A stretch of DNA of 63,567 nucleotides, counting the filler, from Syncephalis fuscata S228 (taxonomy: Eukaryota > Fungi > Zoopagomycota), in the NCBI GenBank assembly GCA_025786725.1. It is 4 parts of 4 records of this genome, joined end to end, with 100 filler letters (N's around TTAATTAATTAA, not from the genome) between each part and the next. Parts side by side here need not be neighbours in the genome. Positions count along the whole stretch, not along the records: positions 1 to 29,522 come from JAHLTZ010000091.1; positions 29,623 to 54,625 come from JAHLTZ010000124.1; 2 more parts are not named here. One strand, given 5' to 3'. This document shows positions 26,826-39,095 of this stretch, piece by piece; positions within the stretch are counted from its first letter, which is position 1; the number at the start of each line of letters is the position of its first letter. The position numbers and the translations under genes were made by a program. Under the pieces are notes generated by a model, which was given only the letters and a program-made list of their open reading frames with translations, was not told the origin of the DNA and made no database searches.

Positions 26826-27615
26826 TAATTCAATTACACGATTGTCATTGAGTACAGTTTTTTAATATAAAATTACACTAATTATTGATCAACTATTTAT
26901 AAAACAAATTATATAATAATGTTAAATGGCACATTTAATGCAACTAGCTGTAATGTATTAATATTTGAAAGAAGGAAATGATTTACCTTTGGTTAATAAA
27001 GAAACAATTAAAAGTAAATATTATGTATCCCAAACCATGCGTAAATGTTGCCAGACATGGTATAGGCATAATAAATGCATAAACGACTAAAATAGTGGAA
27101 ATAATAGTGGTTGATGAATTATTAGTGGACTGGGCACCGCAGCAACATATTTCCTTAAAATCGTCGCTAATGTATGACAACAGTCGTACATTTTGGGCGG
27201 TAAGAAACGTTCAAGTCCTTAATAGATGATGGCCTGCCTTAGTTAATATTGATAATGATAATGATACGCAAAAACGAACAACCACTTTCAGTATTATTGG
27301 TGCATTCAGAACAATGACAATGGCGTAAACTCATCAGCTTCTTTGTTATAGATTTCATTATTAATAGAAGTGGATTTTTAAAAAAAGACCTACAAACCGG
27401 TTATTAGATAAAGACATTTGGCCAACCTTCATTTTGTCCTTCACTCTTTTCCTGATACTTGTGACGCCGTTCCCCCTTTTTGCCTCCGTTTTACGATATT
27501 GCCTAGAAATTACTTGTTTGGATAAAACATGATGACAATGAAAAACCCCGGACATTGTTCTTCTTGTTATTGATCTAGTTCTATTTTTTACACAGCGCGC
27601 CGGCGCGTATCTTAT

Positions 27616-29522
27616 ATGATGGCGCATCTTCTTACATTTTCCTTCTCGTCAACTACTTCTGACGTCGAGGTAACAGTTGATCTGTCCGACGACGAGCAAT
27701 CCACTCTTGATATATCTTCTACTAATCAATCACCCACCGTTCTTAATTCATTTCCATCATTAGCGCTGTCTCAAAACAGATTGAACACAAATACATCACA
27801 TATTCGATGCTTTGACAGCAGCGCTGCTACCATAGTAAAATCACCTATCACTGGTGAACTTGTTAGCACATTACAACAACAACAACAAGAGAAGCAGTAT
27901 TTAGATATGCAGAAGCGTGAACGTGAGCGCCATGAAAAGTTGGCAGCTATTCGTAAACAGCGTTTTGAACGTGAGCGTGAGTTTGAAATGTTGAGAGATT
28001 TACAGCGTCAGGAACTGTTAAATCATTCCGTGACAAGTTCAGACAATGGCAGCTATTTGATGCTTTATACTGAAGCTGATGATGTGGCATCCAATAGGGA
28101 ACATAGCAGCAATCGTAGTAGTAAACACCATTTCAATTATAACAATAATCAGCATGCTCGTAAAAGTTTAACCAAATCTATAAAATATCCGCTCAATCAG
28201 CCAATAACTAATGAGCGTCGACAGTCACAAATTAAGAAACAAACAAAGTCTAAAAATCGTTTATCACCCACTTTACACGCATTAACATCGAAAAAGTTGG
28301 CACAAAAACGTCGTAGTCAGCGCTACTCGGTGGCATCGTTGAATACACAATCTACCAAAAGTAATCACTCAAATGGCTCTGGAATTAATCGACATCAACA
28401 TATCTATGTTGCACTGCCCACTCTGCAGGCACAGCTTGAAAACACGCTCGCTCCATCCACCTACATCTATGAACTACCCGCATCAGATTATAACTCAGTT
28501 ACAGGCGAACAGCCCCGTAGTAGTTCAGATACGCATAGTTATATAAGGCCATCACGTATTGCATCATTGCACCACTCAGCAATGAATCAGCAACATTTAT
28601 CATGGCTTCCGAAATCCACGGCATTTCAAGAAAACTTTCAGCAAAACAGCATTGTTCACGCTAATAGCTACTTTCTAGACAATGAAAATGACGATGAAGC
28701 ACATTCCATTTGTGAGAATAAGACAAAAAGCACCATTCCTTACCCACAGCCACCAGATGGATCATTTGCATCATTGGCATCGCAGCGTGTAAAGTTTGCC
28801 CGTCCATTACATACCGCCATTAGTAATCGTATGGCTGCCTCTAATACAAACGATACACTAGTAGTTCCAGAGAGTAGAGCACTGTATAATACATCTAAAT
28901 TAAGCGGTGCTCATGAATCGTCATTATGTAACGACTCATCTCATCAATTTCTTGATATGTCATCGCTACGATCGAGTACAGATGAATATCGATCGATGAT
29001 GATACCTCTCACAGTACTCATATTGATTCAGAAAAAGATTTGGCCAGAAAAGCATTAAAATCGACAGATGATCCAAGTTTGCCATGCTTAACATTCAGAT
29101 TCTGGACTATATCAACGCTTTATGTTATTTTTGCGGCTATTTGCTCGCAACTATTTTATTTTCGTGCTAACTTCGTCGCTTTCTCATCGTTTTTCGTCCA
29201 ATTTACCGCTTATCCTTTAGGCCGTCTAATGGAAGCCATACTACCTACAAAAAACTACTCTATCGGTGCCATGCAATTCTACCTTAATCCAGGCCCGTTC
29301 AATTGCAAAGAACATATGTTAATTAGTGTAGCGGTTAATGCAGGTGGCATGGCTGCCTATGCCAGTGATGTTATTGCATCCGAGGAAATATTCTTTGATT
29401 TGCGTACATCAAGTCTATTAAATCTATCTATACTGTTGACCACTCAGTTCATTGGCTTTGGATTGGCCGGTTACTTGAAAGAATTTCTGGTCCGACCAAC
29501 TGCCATGGTCTGGCCTGTTCAA
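27616..29522 (+). CDS. OPT-family oligopeptide transporter, 5' part with long low-complexity N-terminus; one frameshift near 28990; truncated by contig end
   Basis: TDDPSLPCLTFRFW, LNPGPFNCKEHMLI, TTQFIGFGLAG..LVRPTAMVWP. The upstream 480-aa ORF overlaps it with no intergenic space. Confidence 0.85.
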
Positions 29523-29622
29523 NNNNNNNNNNNNNNNNNNNNNNNNNNNNNNNNNNNNNNNNNNNNTTAATTAATTAANNNNNNNNNNNNNNNNNNNNNN
29601 NNNNNNNNNNNNNNNNNNNNNN
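29523..29622. other. Artificial contig linker N44-TTAATTAATTAA-N44
   Basis: The same 100-nt structure occurs three times and genes are cut at the linkers. Confidence 0.98.
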
Positions 29623-29763
29623 CATCCATTGGCAGCATCAGGTAGTCGTATATTGACGCACCTGACACACGAGTTGCGCCGTCAAGGCAAGCAGTTTGCA
29701 CTCGGCTCCGCTTGCATTGGTGGAGGCCAAGGTATTGCTGTTATTCTTGAAAATGTTGCCTAA
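29623..29763 (+). CDS. ACAA2: 3-ketoacyl-CoA thiolase, C-terminal fragment (mitochondrial type)
   Basis: HPLAASGSRILTHLTHELRRQGKQFALGSACIGGGQGIAVILENVA*, containing the thiolase (G)HP and CIGGGQG motifs. Confidence 0.9.
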   Translation, partial: HPLAASGSRILTHLTHELRRQGKQFALGSACIGGGQGIAVILENVA

Positions 29764-31002
29764 GAATTAATAAATAAGATTATTGATTATTTTAACATTA
29801 TTTACCCATTGACTTTACTAGCTTGAACATCTGGTAGTAACAAAATTAATAATACTTTGTAATCATTTTTTAAAATACTAGCTATAATCATCTTTTTTAT
29901 TAAATAAAATATGGTAGCTAGTTAAAATCAAATTGCAGAGTATTAAACTTATTGATGTGAGCTGGTACTAGATATGTGTATAAAAAACATTCTTAATTTT
30001 ATTATTCTTAGATAGTGTTGTGAACACAAACAAATATTATTAAATATTGTTCTGTTACATCGATAATAAACTAACTTTTTTAACTGGTGTTAATCACCAT
30101 ATTTTATTGGATAATAAACTAACAAATATGCAGAAACAGCAGTTTCATGCCATTTATGACCTATATAAATAAAATACAGCAAAATGATTGCCGGATTCGA
30201 GTTCCCCATGTTTCGCTGTACCGTTTGATATAGAATTTAGAACAATGATTTTTGCAAAAATTGCTAGTCAAACATGCAGTTTAGGTTGTTTTTAATTTAC
30301 TTAGTAAAGTATTTATAATACTACGTATAACTTTACGTAAAATAAAGCAATATGTTTGATATTTTGCACAGATATACATATGACATACATATGGCTGTTG
30401 GCGCAGTATATGTTGGCACGTATCGTCAGCCTTAAATGACTTTGAATTCGGTTCATGGCTTCATTTTGCCATTTGACAAAAATAATGATGGCTGATACTT
30501 TTTCTCTATCAAACAAAGCTTCGGTATACACTCTCATTTTCTGTAATCGTTGTGGCAATAACTAACTGATTGATCTCTATATTTGTCTATTCACATGTTA
30601 CAGAATGACAACTTTGTAAGCTGTCATTTTTCTGGTATGCCACCTAACTAAAATATTGCCATAATTGGCCACAACTTATGGAATCGATCACACATCTGGA
30701 CTAAACTACCCCGTTGAATCCTATTTATTCAAAGCCATGTGTCAAAACCCAAAGGAGTTGCCGCAAAAAGAAATTGGTACTCGAGCATTTTGAAACGACT
30801 TGCGGAACAAAAGCGCCCACTCATTTATTAGTGCGACGCTGAAAGTCATTGTCCTCTGTCATTGTCCTCTGCCATCATACTTAAATACTCTCGTACACCC
30901 ATACCTATTGTTTGCATCGTTAAACCACGCTGATATACTTTATAAATTTATTTTACTAAATTACATTTTATTAAATCAAACGGCATCTAACCGCGCTGAG
31001 CT

Positions 31003-32292
31003 ATGATAATGATAATTCCACGGCAGCTGGCTGTCGTTCTAATGTCATTTACCGCTGTCGTTATCGTCATCATTGCCACCGCCGCTCTATCTGCGTCATT
31101 TGCCGATGCAGCAAATATCGATGCTAAAATTTCTTTGGCACGTCGTGCCCCTACTATCTTAGATGAAATGTGGAAAAAAATGCAAAGTGTAGCTTGCAGA
31201 CTCCATCGTTTTGGATCGACCGCTGGCTATGCCTACAATCGTTTGTGGATTAGTAGCTCAAGCTCTGCCGGTTCCCCGTACGATGTGGCGAATGCCTACG
31301 TCGATCTTATGAGGTTTGCCAAACAAGAGACTACTATTACTGCACCACATCCAACTATAGCAATGGAGGCTGCTCAGAAAACAAAAGTCGACTCACTAGC
31401 TACACTTTCGCTAATGTATCGCTATGCTTTTTATTCAGCCGTTACTTATTGCAATGATGGTGATGTTGCAAAGCAGCTAACTTCAGCCATGCTTGGCGAA
31501 AGTAGGATGCCATTGCCATTAATGAACGCTCAAATCACGCACTGGTACGACGAAAAAAGTATGGGCCATTATGTTGCCGTTAGTCCTGATCAAAAAGCAG
31601 TTATTTTATCTTTCCGCGGTTCGAATAATAATCGTAATTTCATGGATGCCGCTGACGTGTCAGAAGGACAGCCTGAGCCCAACCTATATGGTGTACCAGT
31701 GAACAATATAGACCAACTACCACCTATGCCAAACCGAGCACGTTTATTTAACGGATTTGCTCGTTCAGCACGGAGTCAGATTGAGACGGCCGTTGAGAAA
31801 TTGTACGATGCTTATAGCAAGAATCCAACCTATTCGGTTATTATCACTGGTCACTCTTTAGGTGGTGCAGTTAGTCAGCTAGCCGCGCTCTACGCTCGTA
31901 TAAGATACCGAAAGACAATGCCATTGGCAGCTGTCTACACCTACGGTAAGCCGATTATTGGTAATGCTCTATTCGAGGATTGGTCGGTCAGCATTATTCA
32001 TCCCACACCATTCTTCCGCTTTGTCTCCTCTGACGATGTGGTGCCGCTTTTATGGTATGACAACAACTCACGAAAAACTCCAGAGTCGCGAGTACGCCAC
32101 GCACTTGGTGCGCAAGAAGTTTATTGTCCAGACTTTTCCTCGCCGACTATGATTGTGTGTAAGGGAGAGCTGGATAGCGAGTGCAGTGAAATGCAAGACT
32201 GTACGCGACTTTCTTGGGCCCATCATTCAGAATACGCTGGATTCCGCGCTACAAAAAGCGTGTGCCTACTTGCCCAGTTTCGCAAAAAATAA
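31003..32292 (+). CDS. Secreted class-3 (fungal) lipase, intronless, 429 aa
   Basis: Hydrophobic signal, SFRGS, ITGHSLGGA nucleophile elbow, YTYGKPIIGN, DDVVP and a C-terminal His (AHHSEY). Confidence 0.93.
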   Translation: MIMIIPRQLAVVLMSFTAVVIVIIATAALSASFADAANIDAKISLARRAPTILDEMWKKMQSVACRLHRFGSTAGYAYNRLWISSSSSAGSPYDVANAYVDLMRFAKQETTITAPHPTIAMEAAQKTKVDSLATLSLMYRYAFYSAVTYCNDGDVAKQLTSAMLGESRMPLPLMNAQITHWYDEKSMGHYVAVSPDQKAVILSFRGSNNNRNFMDAADVSEGQPEPNLYGVPVNNIDQLPPMPNRARLFNGFARSARSQIETAVEKLYDAYSKNPTYSVIITGHSLGGAVSQLAALYARIRYRKTMPLAAVYTYGKPIIGNALFEDWSVSIIHPTPFFRFVSSDDVVPLLWYDNNSRKTPESRVRHALGAQEVYCPDFSSPTMIVCKGELDSECSEMQDCTRLSWAHHSEYAGFRATKSVCLLAQFRKK

Positions 32293-32529
32293 ATTTAACT
32301 AATAAATTATAATTATCCATACGTATTCCGACTTTATTGCTTTTAATTAGTCATTGCTATCTGTTGACTTATAAAAGACATAATACACGCAATAAAACGC
32401 AAGTGATATTATAACACATTATCTGTTTATTTGAACTGCATACGGTATAGCATATTAGTATTTATACATTTCTTTTATTAATTAAATAATTAAATATACA
32501 ATTGATAGTCAAAGGATTTTTTGTTAATA

Positions 32530-32610
32530 TCCGCGTAATTGAACTACACATTCAATCTATTGAACATAGGGACAAATGGCGAGTTTCATTTAATCATTAC
32601 ATCGTCACAT
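32530..32610 (-). repeat. Partial copy of the dispersed repeat family
   Basis: CGCGTAATTGAACTACACATTCAATCTATTGAACATAGGGACAAATGGCGAGTTT matches 62787-62860. Confidence 0.8.
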
Positions 32611-32850
32611 TATAGTATGATTTGGAGTCAAATAACTCTGTAAATATTCACACATTTGAACTAGATTTTCTATTGGAGGTGGGACAGAAAAATCAATGAG
32701 AAATTTAAAGAGAAAAAAAAAAGTAGTCTTCAGTGTCTTTGTTAAAATTGTCAATATAAAACAGGGCTGTCTTTTGTTTAAAGCCATTTTTTATTTGAAT
32801 TAACACAGAATATACTTTGCATAAAAAGGCATTTGTTCTATTCTTCAATA

Positions 32851-33779
32851 ATGAACGATTTGAATAGTAACTGCGCAGATTCAACGCATGGTAAGTTGCT
32901 TTATTTTTTATTACTAACTAATAGCCTTTAACCGGTAGCATCGCCACATAATGTTCTGTCCAATATTACATCGAGAATTGTAGCTGATACTGAGCATTTT
33001 AATCTCAGTATAGCCACATTGGAAGATCGTGTAAATACATACATTTATTTAATTACTTCTAAAGCACTGTAGCAACTAACTTTACTTAGGTCGAAACGAG
33101 AAAAATACTACTCAATCATAGTATTTCTACTCTACAAGAAAGTGTTGCATCTACTAATGGCGGCATCATAACTTACGCAATCACAAATGTAGATGACAGC
33201 AGCACTATGTTGCCGGATAATCCAGATATAAATCAAACTAAATACCACCTAGCACAGTATGTCGGACGTTACCCAAAGAAAACAACGGCTGCTCTGGAAA
33301 TAGTCGAAAAAGAAGTAGATTATAACCAGACCGAGTGTTATTGCCGGCTTGTAGTGCGCAACACTTCTACGTAAGTATAGATGCAATATTTAAATATACA
33401 CACGCTGAATAATTGCTTATGCACCAACTGCCAACATAGATTCGCTATCGGTAACTTGCAACCGTTTCTATGGCTATCGGCAAATAGAAGCACACGGCGA
33501 GAACAGCAACCTATTCTTTCATGGCATCTTTCGGCCTCTGCTATCGAGTCGAACGCAACTGCTAACCTGTTTTTACGTATACGCGGCTACGTAGAACCGG
33601 AATGTTGCCAGCTTGCATTACGTTGGCAGCGGCGATTGTCCAATAGAAATGACGTCGATCAAGGGGCAGCTGGTACGACAACAGAGCACGCCTTACAAAC
33701 GACTCTTGAAGTACCGTGGCATGCACTATCTATTGAACTAGTCAAAAGCGCCATCGAGATCATGTGCACAGAAAAATAA
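32851..33779 (+). CDS. Hypothetical protein, 4 exons
   Basis: ATG at 32851. Three GT-AG introns join open frames ending in FAIGNLQPFLW...IEIMCTEK*. No recognisable family. Confidence 0.6.
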
Positions 33780-34895
33780 CCAGTATTTCTAAATATATTT
33801 TGTTTCTACGCTGTAAAATCGTATTACCATGTACTAGCAACAAGCTATCCAGCCACAATAAACAACTGCATTTTACATGTGCTATATTCCCCTTCCCCCT
33901 TCCCCTGTCTTTCTTCTCTACGGATTATTTGGCAGCTGCAATGTAATAAATTATATGCGCTTTTATTCACTGCATTCAAAATTTCCTTGGACAGAATGTA
34001 TAAGAAATATCTAGCAGCTTTAGATGTGAATTTATTTGCAGCGGCAATACTTTTATTGCCTTGAAAACTGCGCTACAACTGACAGCTGCGTTTGTATGTT
34101 TTTCCGTATGCGCGCTTGAAAGAACAGTGAGTGCATGCATCATGCGGTTCCATTACACGGCAAGGTCTAACAACACCAGAAATACGGCCTACGGCTAAGT
34201 ATTCACTCACCATACTCTTTTCTGCGTTCGTATGGTATCTGTAGGTTACACGTGCTTTTTGCAATGGCTTATGTGTCCAGCTATCTACCACTCAATTAAT
34301 TTCGCTCTTTTAGTGCAACACTGTCATTGTGTATCGCCGAAAGATATACACGTGCCGGCTAATCGTCTTCACTCGTATGGGTGTCAATGGCGGCTTTACT
34401 CTCAATGCCACGCATGTTTTGTTTTCGGTTCTTCCCACTTGGTTGGGCGGTAGATTAACAATGCTTTTTCATGCACCAAGCATCAAGGCTAGGCGTAGAT
34501 GCTGGCCTACTTTTGTCATGCTGCTCAATAGTTTGCCCATCGGCTTGACCAAAGTTCAGGCACTGCATGGCATCTATAAATGACCATCGCGAAATGTTTC
34601 CTAGCTAGTTGCGCGTTTACTTTCACAATAATTATCAATCTCGCACTGTTTGAATATCTGTTACTTCTCGATGCTCTTTTGCATCGTAGTTATTGTACAT
34701 ACTTGATTTGAGTTGCTGTATACTATTTGTGCCCGGCGCACCTGAATTTCATCAACCATCAGTGTGTCTTTTCTTCTTCGCGGCCTTCATTGTTTTATGT
34801 TAAATTGTTTGTTAACTATCCATTCATTGTTTCTATCTGACTTTTATTACTATCATCATTATTACTATTAACACCAGCAGCACTTTATTATCACC

Positions 34896-35961
34896 ATGGC
34901 AAACGCATTACAAATGATGCGTGACCAATTTATGATGAACAACATCGCACTTGCTTTATTTGCATCCGGGTGGTATATCTTTTTTGGTGGCTTAATCCAA
35001 AGCATACGCTACACCATTCAAGACTATCGCAAGCCCGTGCCCTATCTTTGCGCCTTTCAATGCGCGCTGGGCCTCATTTCCACTAGCTGCTATGTGGCAG
35101 CCATTGCACCTTGCGTGCAGGCACCTTGCAGTATAACATTGATGTTTTCCCACATCACCTACGCTCTTTCCTATATGTCTGTGCTAGGAATTCTACTCAT
35201 GAAATCCTATTTCACCAACCGGCGCAACCAGTTTATCCTGTATACAGGAAGTGGTCTGCTGATCATGAATATCATTATTCTGATTTATGCCGGCTGTGTG
35301 ATGGAGATTTCAGAGGAAGGATTTGGTTGCTTACTTGATTATGGCGAAACATACAACATACTTAAATTAATCACCGATCTTTTGACCCATTCGTTTCTAT
35401 CGATCAGTATTCTAACGGCCGTTTGGTGGCAACTACACGCCGCAGACCGAATACCCGATGTGTGGCTCTTTTACCAAATCCTACTAGAGGATGGTCTTAT
35501 CTATGGCTTGTCGGTGTGTATGGCCACCTGTATTGGCGCCATTATTGCGTTGCGCGATTTAATGGGTGATTACACTTCCATTATATACGCTATCAATTGT
35601 AAGTATGCTTGTTAACAATAATCATGTAATAGTAACTAATTGGTTTATTGTTTTCTACATTGTAGGGGTATTGGTTTCAGCGCTGGTCAGCCATCAACTG
35701 CGTACGGCACGTATTCGTGCTTCGCAAACTGTCTACTTTACACAGCATGCGAAGTCCATTACATCAACGCCTCGCCGCGGCACGATGGATACTTGCAATA
35801 GCCCGCGTTCTCGGTCTATGTCAGTATCTGTATCCGTATACACAGCACGACCAGACTCATACCGGTCATCAGTTACACCCACCACTATTACAGGTGTAAC
35901 ACTTACCAATGATTGTCGCGTCATCATTCCTGAGGATGACTACCAAAGCATTCCTTTGTAG
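34896..35961 (+). CDS. Orphan GPCR-like 7TM membrane protein; exons 34896-35598, 35666-35961
   Basis: Seven hydrophobic helices, ILLMKSY after TM3, LLEDGLIY before TM6, and a Ser/Thr-rich cytoplasmic tail. Confidence 0.85.
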
Positions 35962-36626
35962 ACTTTTCTTGTACCATATACCACTCGGTTGCTTACCTTC
36001 ATATATTTTATTTAAATAGTGATGGTAACACAATGCTGATGTTTTGTCGCTGCATTTAAATATAAAAGGTCACTTGACCAATTTTTATAAAATACTGCAT
36101 ATGCCGTTATTTATACTAGCATTAATGTTCAACATAAATATATTTGTTGTTATACACAGTAGCTGCTACATATCAGCACTATTTTGTGCCATTTTGCTGC
36201 TAAATCGCTATTATATTAAGCATACTTGTACTAATCGAACAATTAACTATCAGAAGGTTATTGTTGGATATAAAGTGTATATATTAGAAAACATGTTATA
36301 TTGTTGATATTTGCACCATTAATAATTGGTGTAAAGTGCCGTTGCTATCATTTATTCAATTAAATAGTCTGTAGATACTACTCATTTACAACAAATCACG
36401 TAATCACTTGATTTATACTATAATATCAGCATCTACTCCATTTCTTTACTAATTAAATATACTTTTATTTTCAACTATCAACCTATTACACCATTTCATT
36501 TCAGCAACTGCTATAAATACTATTAATTAATAAGATCATTTATTATTAAAAATCACAACCCATACTTTCTGGGTAATGCAACACGAAAAGAATTTGCCAG
36601 TACTACTATCATCTACTGTGCACATA

Positions 36627-37911
36627 CTATTTCTTTCCTTTTCGACAATTAGGACAGAACCATTCGCCCTTGGGCAATTGTTTAAGACCCACACATTCAA
36701 AATGAAACCATTCAATATCACACTATTAACAAACAGGTTAGTATTAACCATAATACTATTAAATCTTCAAATACGCTTACATCTGGATTATCACAGGCCA
36801 CCATTTCACCAAACGACACCTGTTGACAAAAGCAATAGGTTGGTTCATTTGGATCAATGGGCATATCCGATGATTCCGAACTAACATTACAGTCATATCA
36901 GTCAACTATCCATAAATATAATCTACAACCTACAGTTGATGTGCACGATCACGACTAGCGGCAATGGCTGCACCGCGTTGTCCGCCTGAACTCGCACCTG
37001 ATGCATTACTACGACCACTCGTTCCTCGTTGTTTCTGTGTTCCACTTGTTGTTGTTGTTGTTGTTGTCGTCGATGATCGACCAGTTGTCTGGCCACTAGT
37101 TCTACCTTTCTCTACACCAATATAAATAATAAGTTTATTTATTTTTATAGCCACCAACGCATTACTTACTCCGCGACGATGCTTCCTGGCCTATATAGAA
37201 TAGCCATATTGTAAGTATAAATACTAGTTATTTCCGGTTACTTAATCGCCTGTAGTTATTTACCTGCTCCTCCACCCGCTCCCACTACTCCTCCTGTGGC
37301 GGTATTCTCTTTCCGTGGTCGTTTTCTAATACTACTGCTTCCACCAACATTGGCGGACATCATGGCTCCAGGAACACGCGGACTAACTAGCTGCTCCTCT
37401 TCAAATCGTTGTAAATCATCGTCGAGACGACGAATATGCCGGTCCACCTATTGTTATACATCAGTGCTCATCCCAATAAACTAGCTTTATCCTCTACCAT
37501 ATCATAAGTTTGAGTAGCTAGTGCCAATTTCTCTTCGCCGTGCTTTACGGTATCTTCAAACGACGTTAACAATTGCCGCAACCAATCATTACGTCGTTCA
37601 GGATCTAATTCGCGAACGCGACTAGTGAAAGCTACCACCTCAGACTCCATCGATTTCACTACCTCTATTACACGATGGATGAGCCAAGCGTAAATAAACA
37701 GCCTTATACTTACTTTGTGAAGCTGCATCCAATTCACGAATAAGCGAAAAGTTACGCTGTAATTCAAGCGGTAACGCCTCGATCGCTACACCACTAACAT
37801 TAGCTCTACAGAATGCACGTCCGTACTAGACGGGTCCACTGGCCATTTCTGCCACCACCACCTACTATCTACATAATCCTCAAGATACTTCATATTTACG
37901 GTTGGACCCAT
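36627..37911 (-). CDS. ING-family chromatin protein with C-terminal PHD finger (Yng2-like)
   Basis: [51 protein letters not shown]; [54 protein letters not shown]. Confidence 0.93.
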
Positions 37912-39095
37912 ATTGAATGTATTGTAATATAAAGGTACTAAACTAGTAAAGGAGAAGCTACTGTACTTTGACTCCCACGTTTTTATTTATCCATTTCACC
38001 CTCAACACTTTAGACATAATTAAATACTTATTTATTACTATTCCATGTATAATATTGCATCCAACATTAATTGAATTATGTGTGATTATCAATACAATAA
38101 TGTAATTAATTAGCTATATTTATTATTGCTTTAATATACATATATATATTGTCATTATAATATTAATTGTTCAAAATGCCATTTATTTAGTCAGATTGAC
38201 TATAGGGAAAGTGGCTGTTTAATAAACAATACTTATAATAACTATATTAATATTGATCATACATCACAATATGCCCAAAATGCAATAGTAGAATATTAGA
38301 AAATAGAAAAGATCATTTAGATGCAATAATATAAGCTGTATATAGATGCAATAATAACAACTGCGGAACGATATGGAATCGCGATCAACGACTTTTATTA
38401 ATATTTAATCAATCTTTCTACATATAGCCAACAACAACAATCAACCTCAAATGTTTCAATAAAATCAAGTAGAATGTTACATCGTCTAAATATTTAATAT
38501 TATTATTAATACAATGTTCTGTTACATTTAATTCTATTCTATTTTATGGAAATGATAATGTTATTACATTACATTAATATTTATTATGAATTATCATTTA
38601 AACACAAATCAATTGATTAAATTACTACGATCGATTGCATAGAAAGATTTAATACCCTGGGGGTTAAAGTAACCATCAACCACTATACACATTTAATTAC
38701 CATACAGCTTGTAATAATAACAATAACACTGGTAAAAACAAGATAAATTATACAAAATACAAATGGATCTAAAATCCACACCACCTTCACCTGACCAATC
38801 AATCAGAACAAATCCGTACAATAAACACCATATATGCCCACAATATTCTGACGTCTACCAAACATCCTTGTCCGCCCACGCGCCTCATCTTACCTTCTCT
38901 TTCTCTCTCACTTTCTCTCGCTCTCTCTCTCTCTGTGTGTGTGTGCTTCATCTTCCAAAGATCATACTTATTCGCGTGTTCTCTCTATCTTCACTATCTT
39001 CCCTATCTTTCCTTCTACAACATCTATCGTACATTTATCGCTATCGGGCATTTGTACCTGTTACTAGCCGTTGAAATATTGGATCATTGTTCATC

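Noticed and set aside
29523-29622. TTAATTAATTAA palindrome within N runs (also 54626-54725 and 61352-61451) as a biological motif
   Set aside because: It is an identical artificial contig spacer. Gene neighbourhoods across it (OPT-thiolase, MAPKK-integrase, P450 reductase-array) are not real.
30185-30245. tRNA-like GGATTCGAGTTCCCC
   Set aside because: No cloverleaf or acceptor stem could be built around it.
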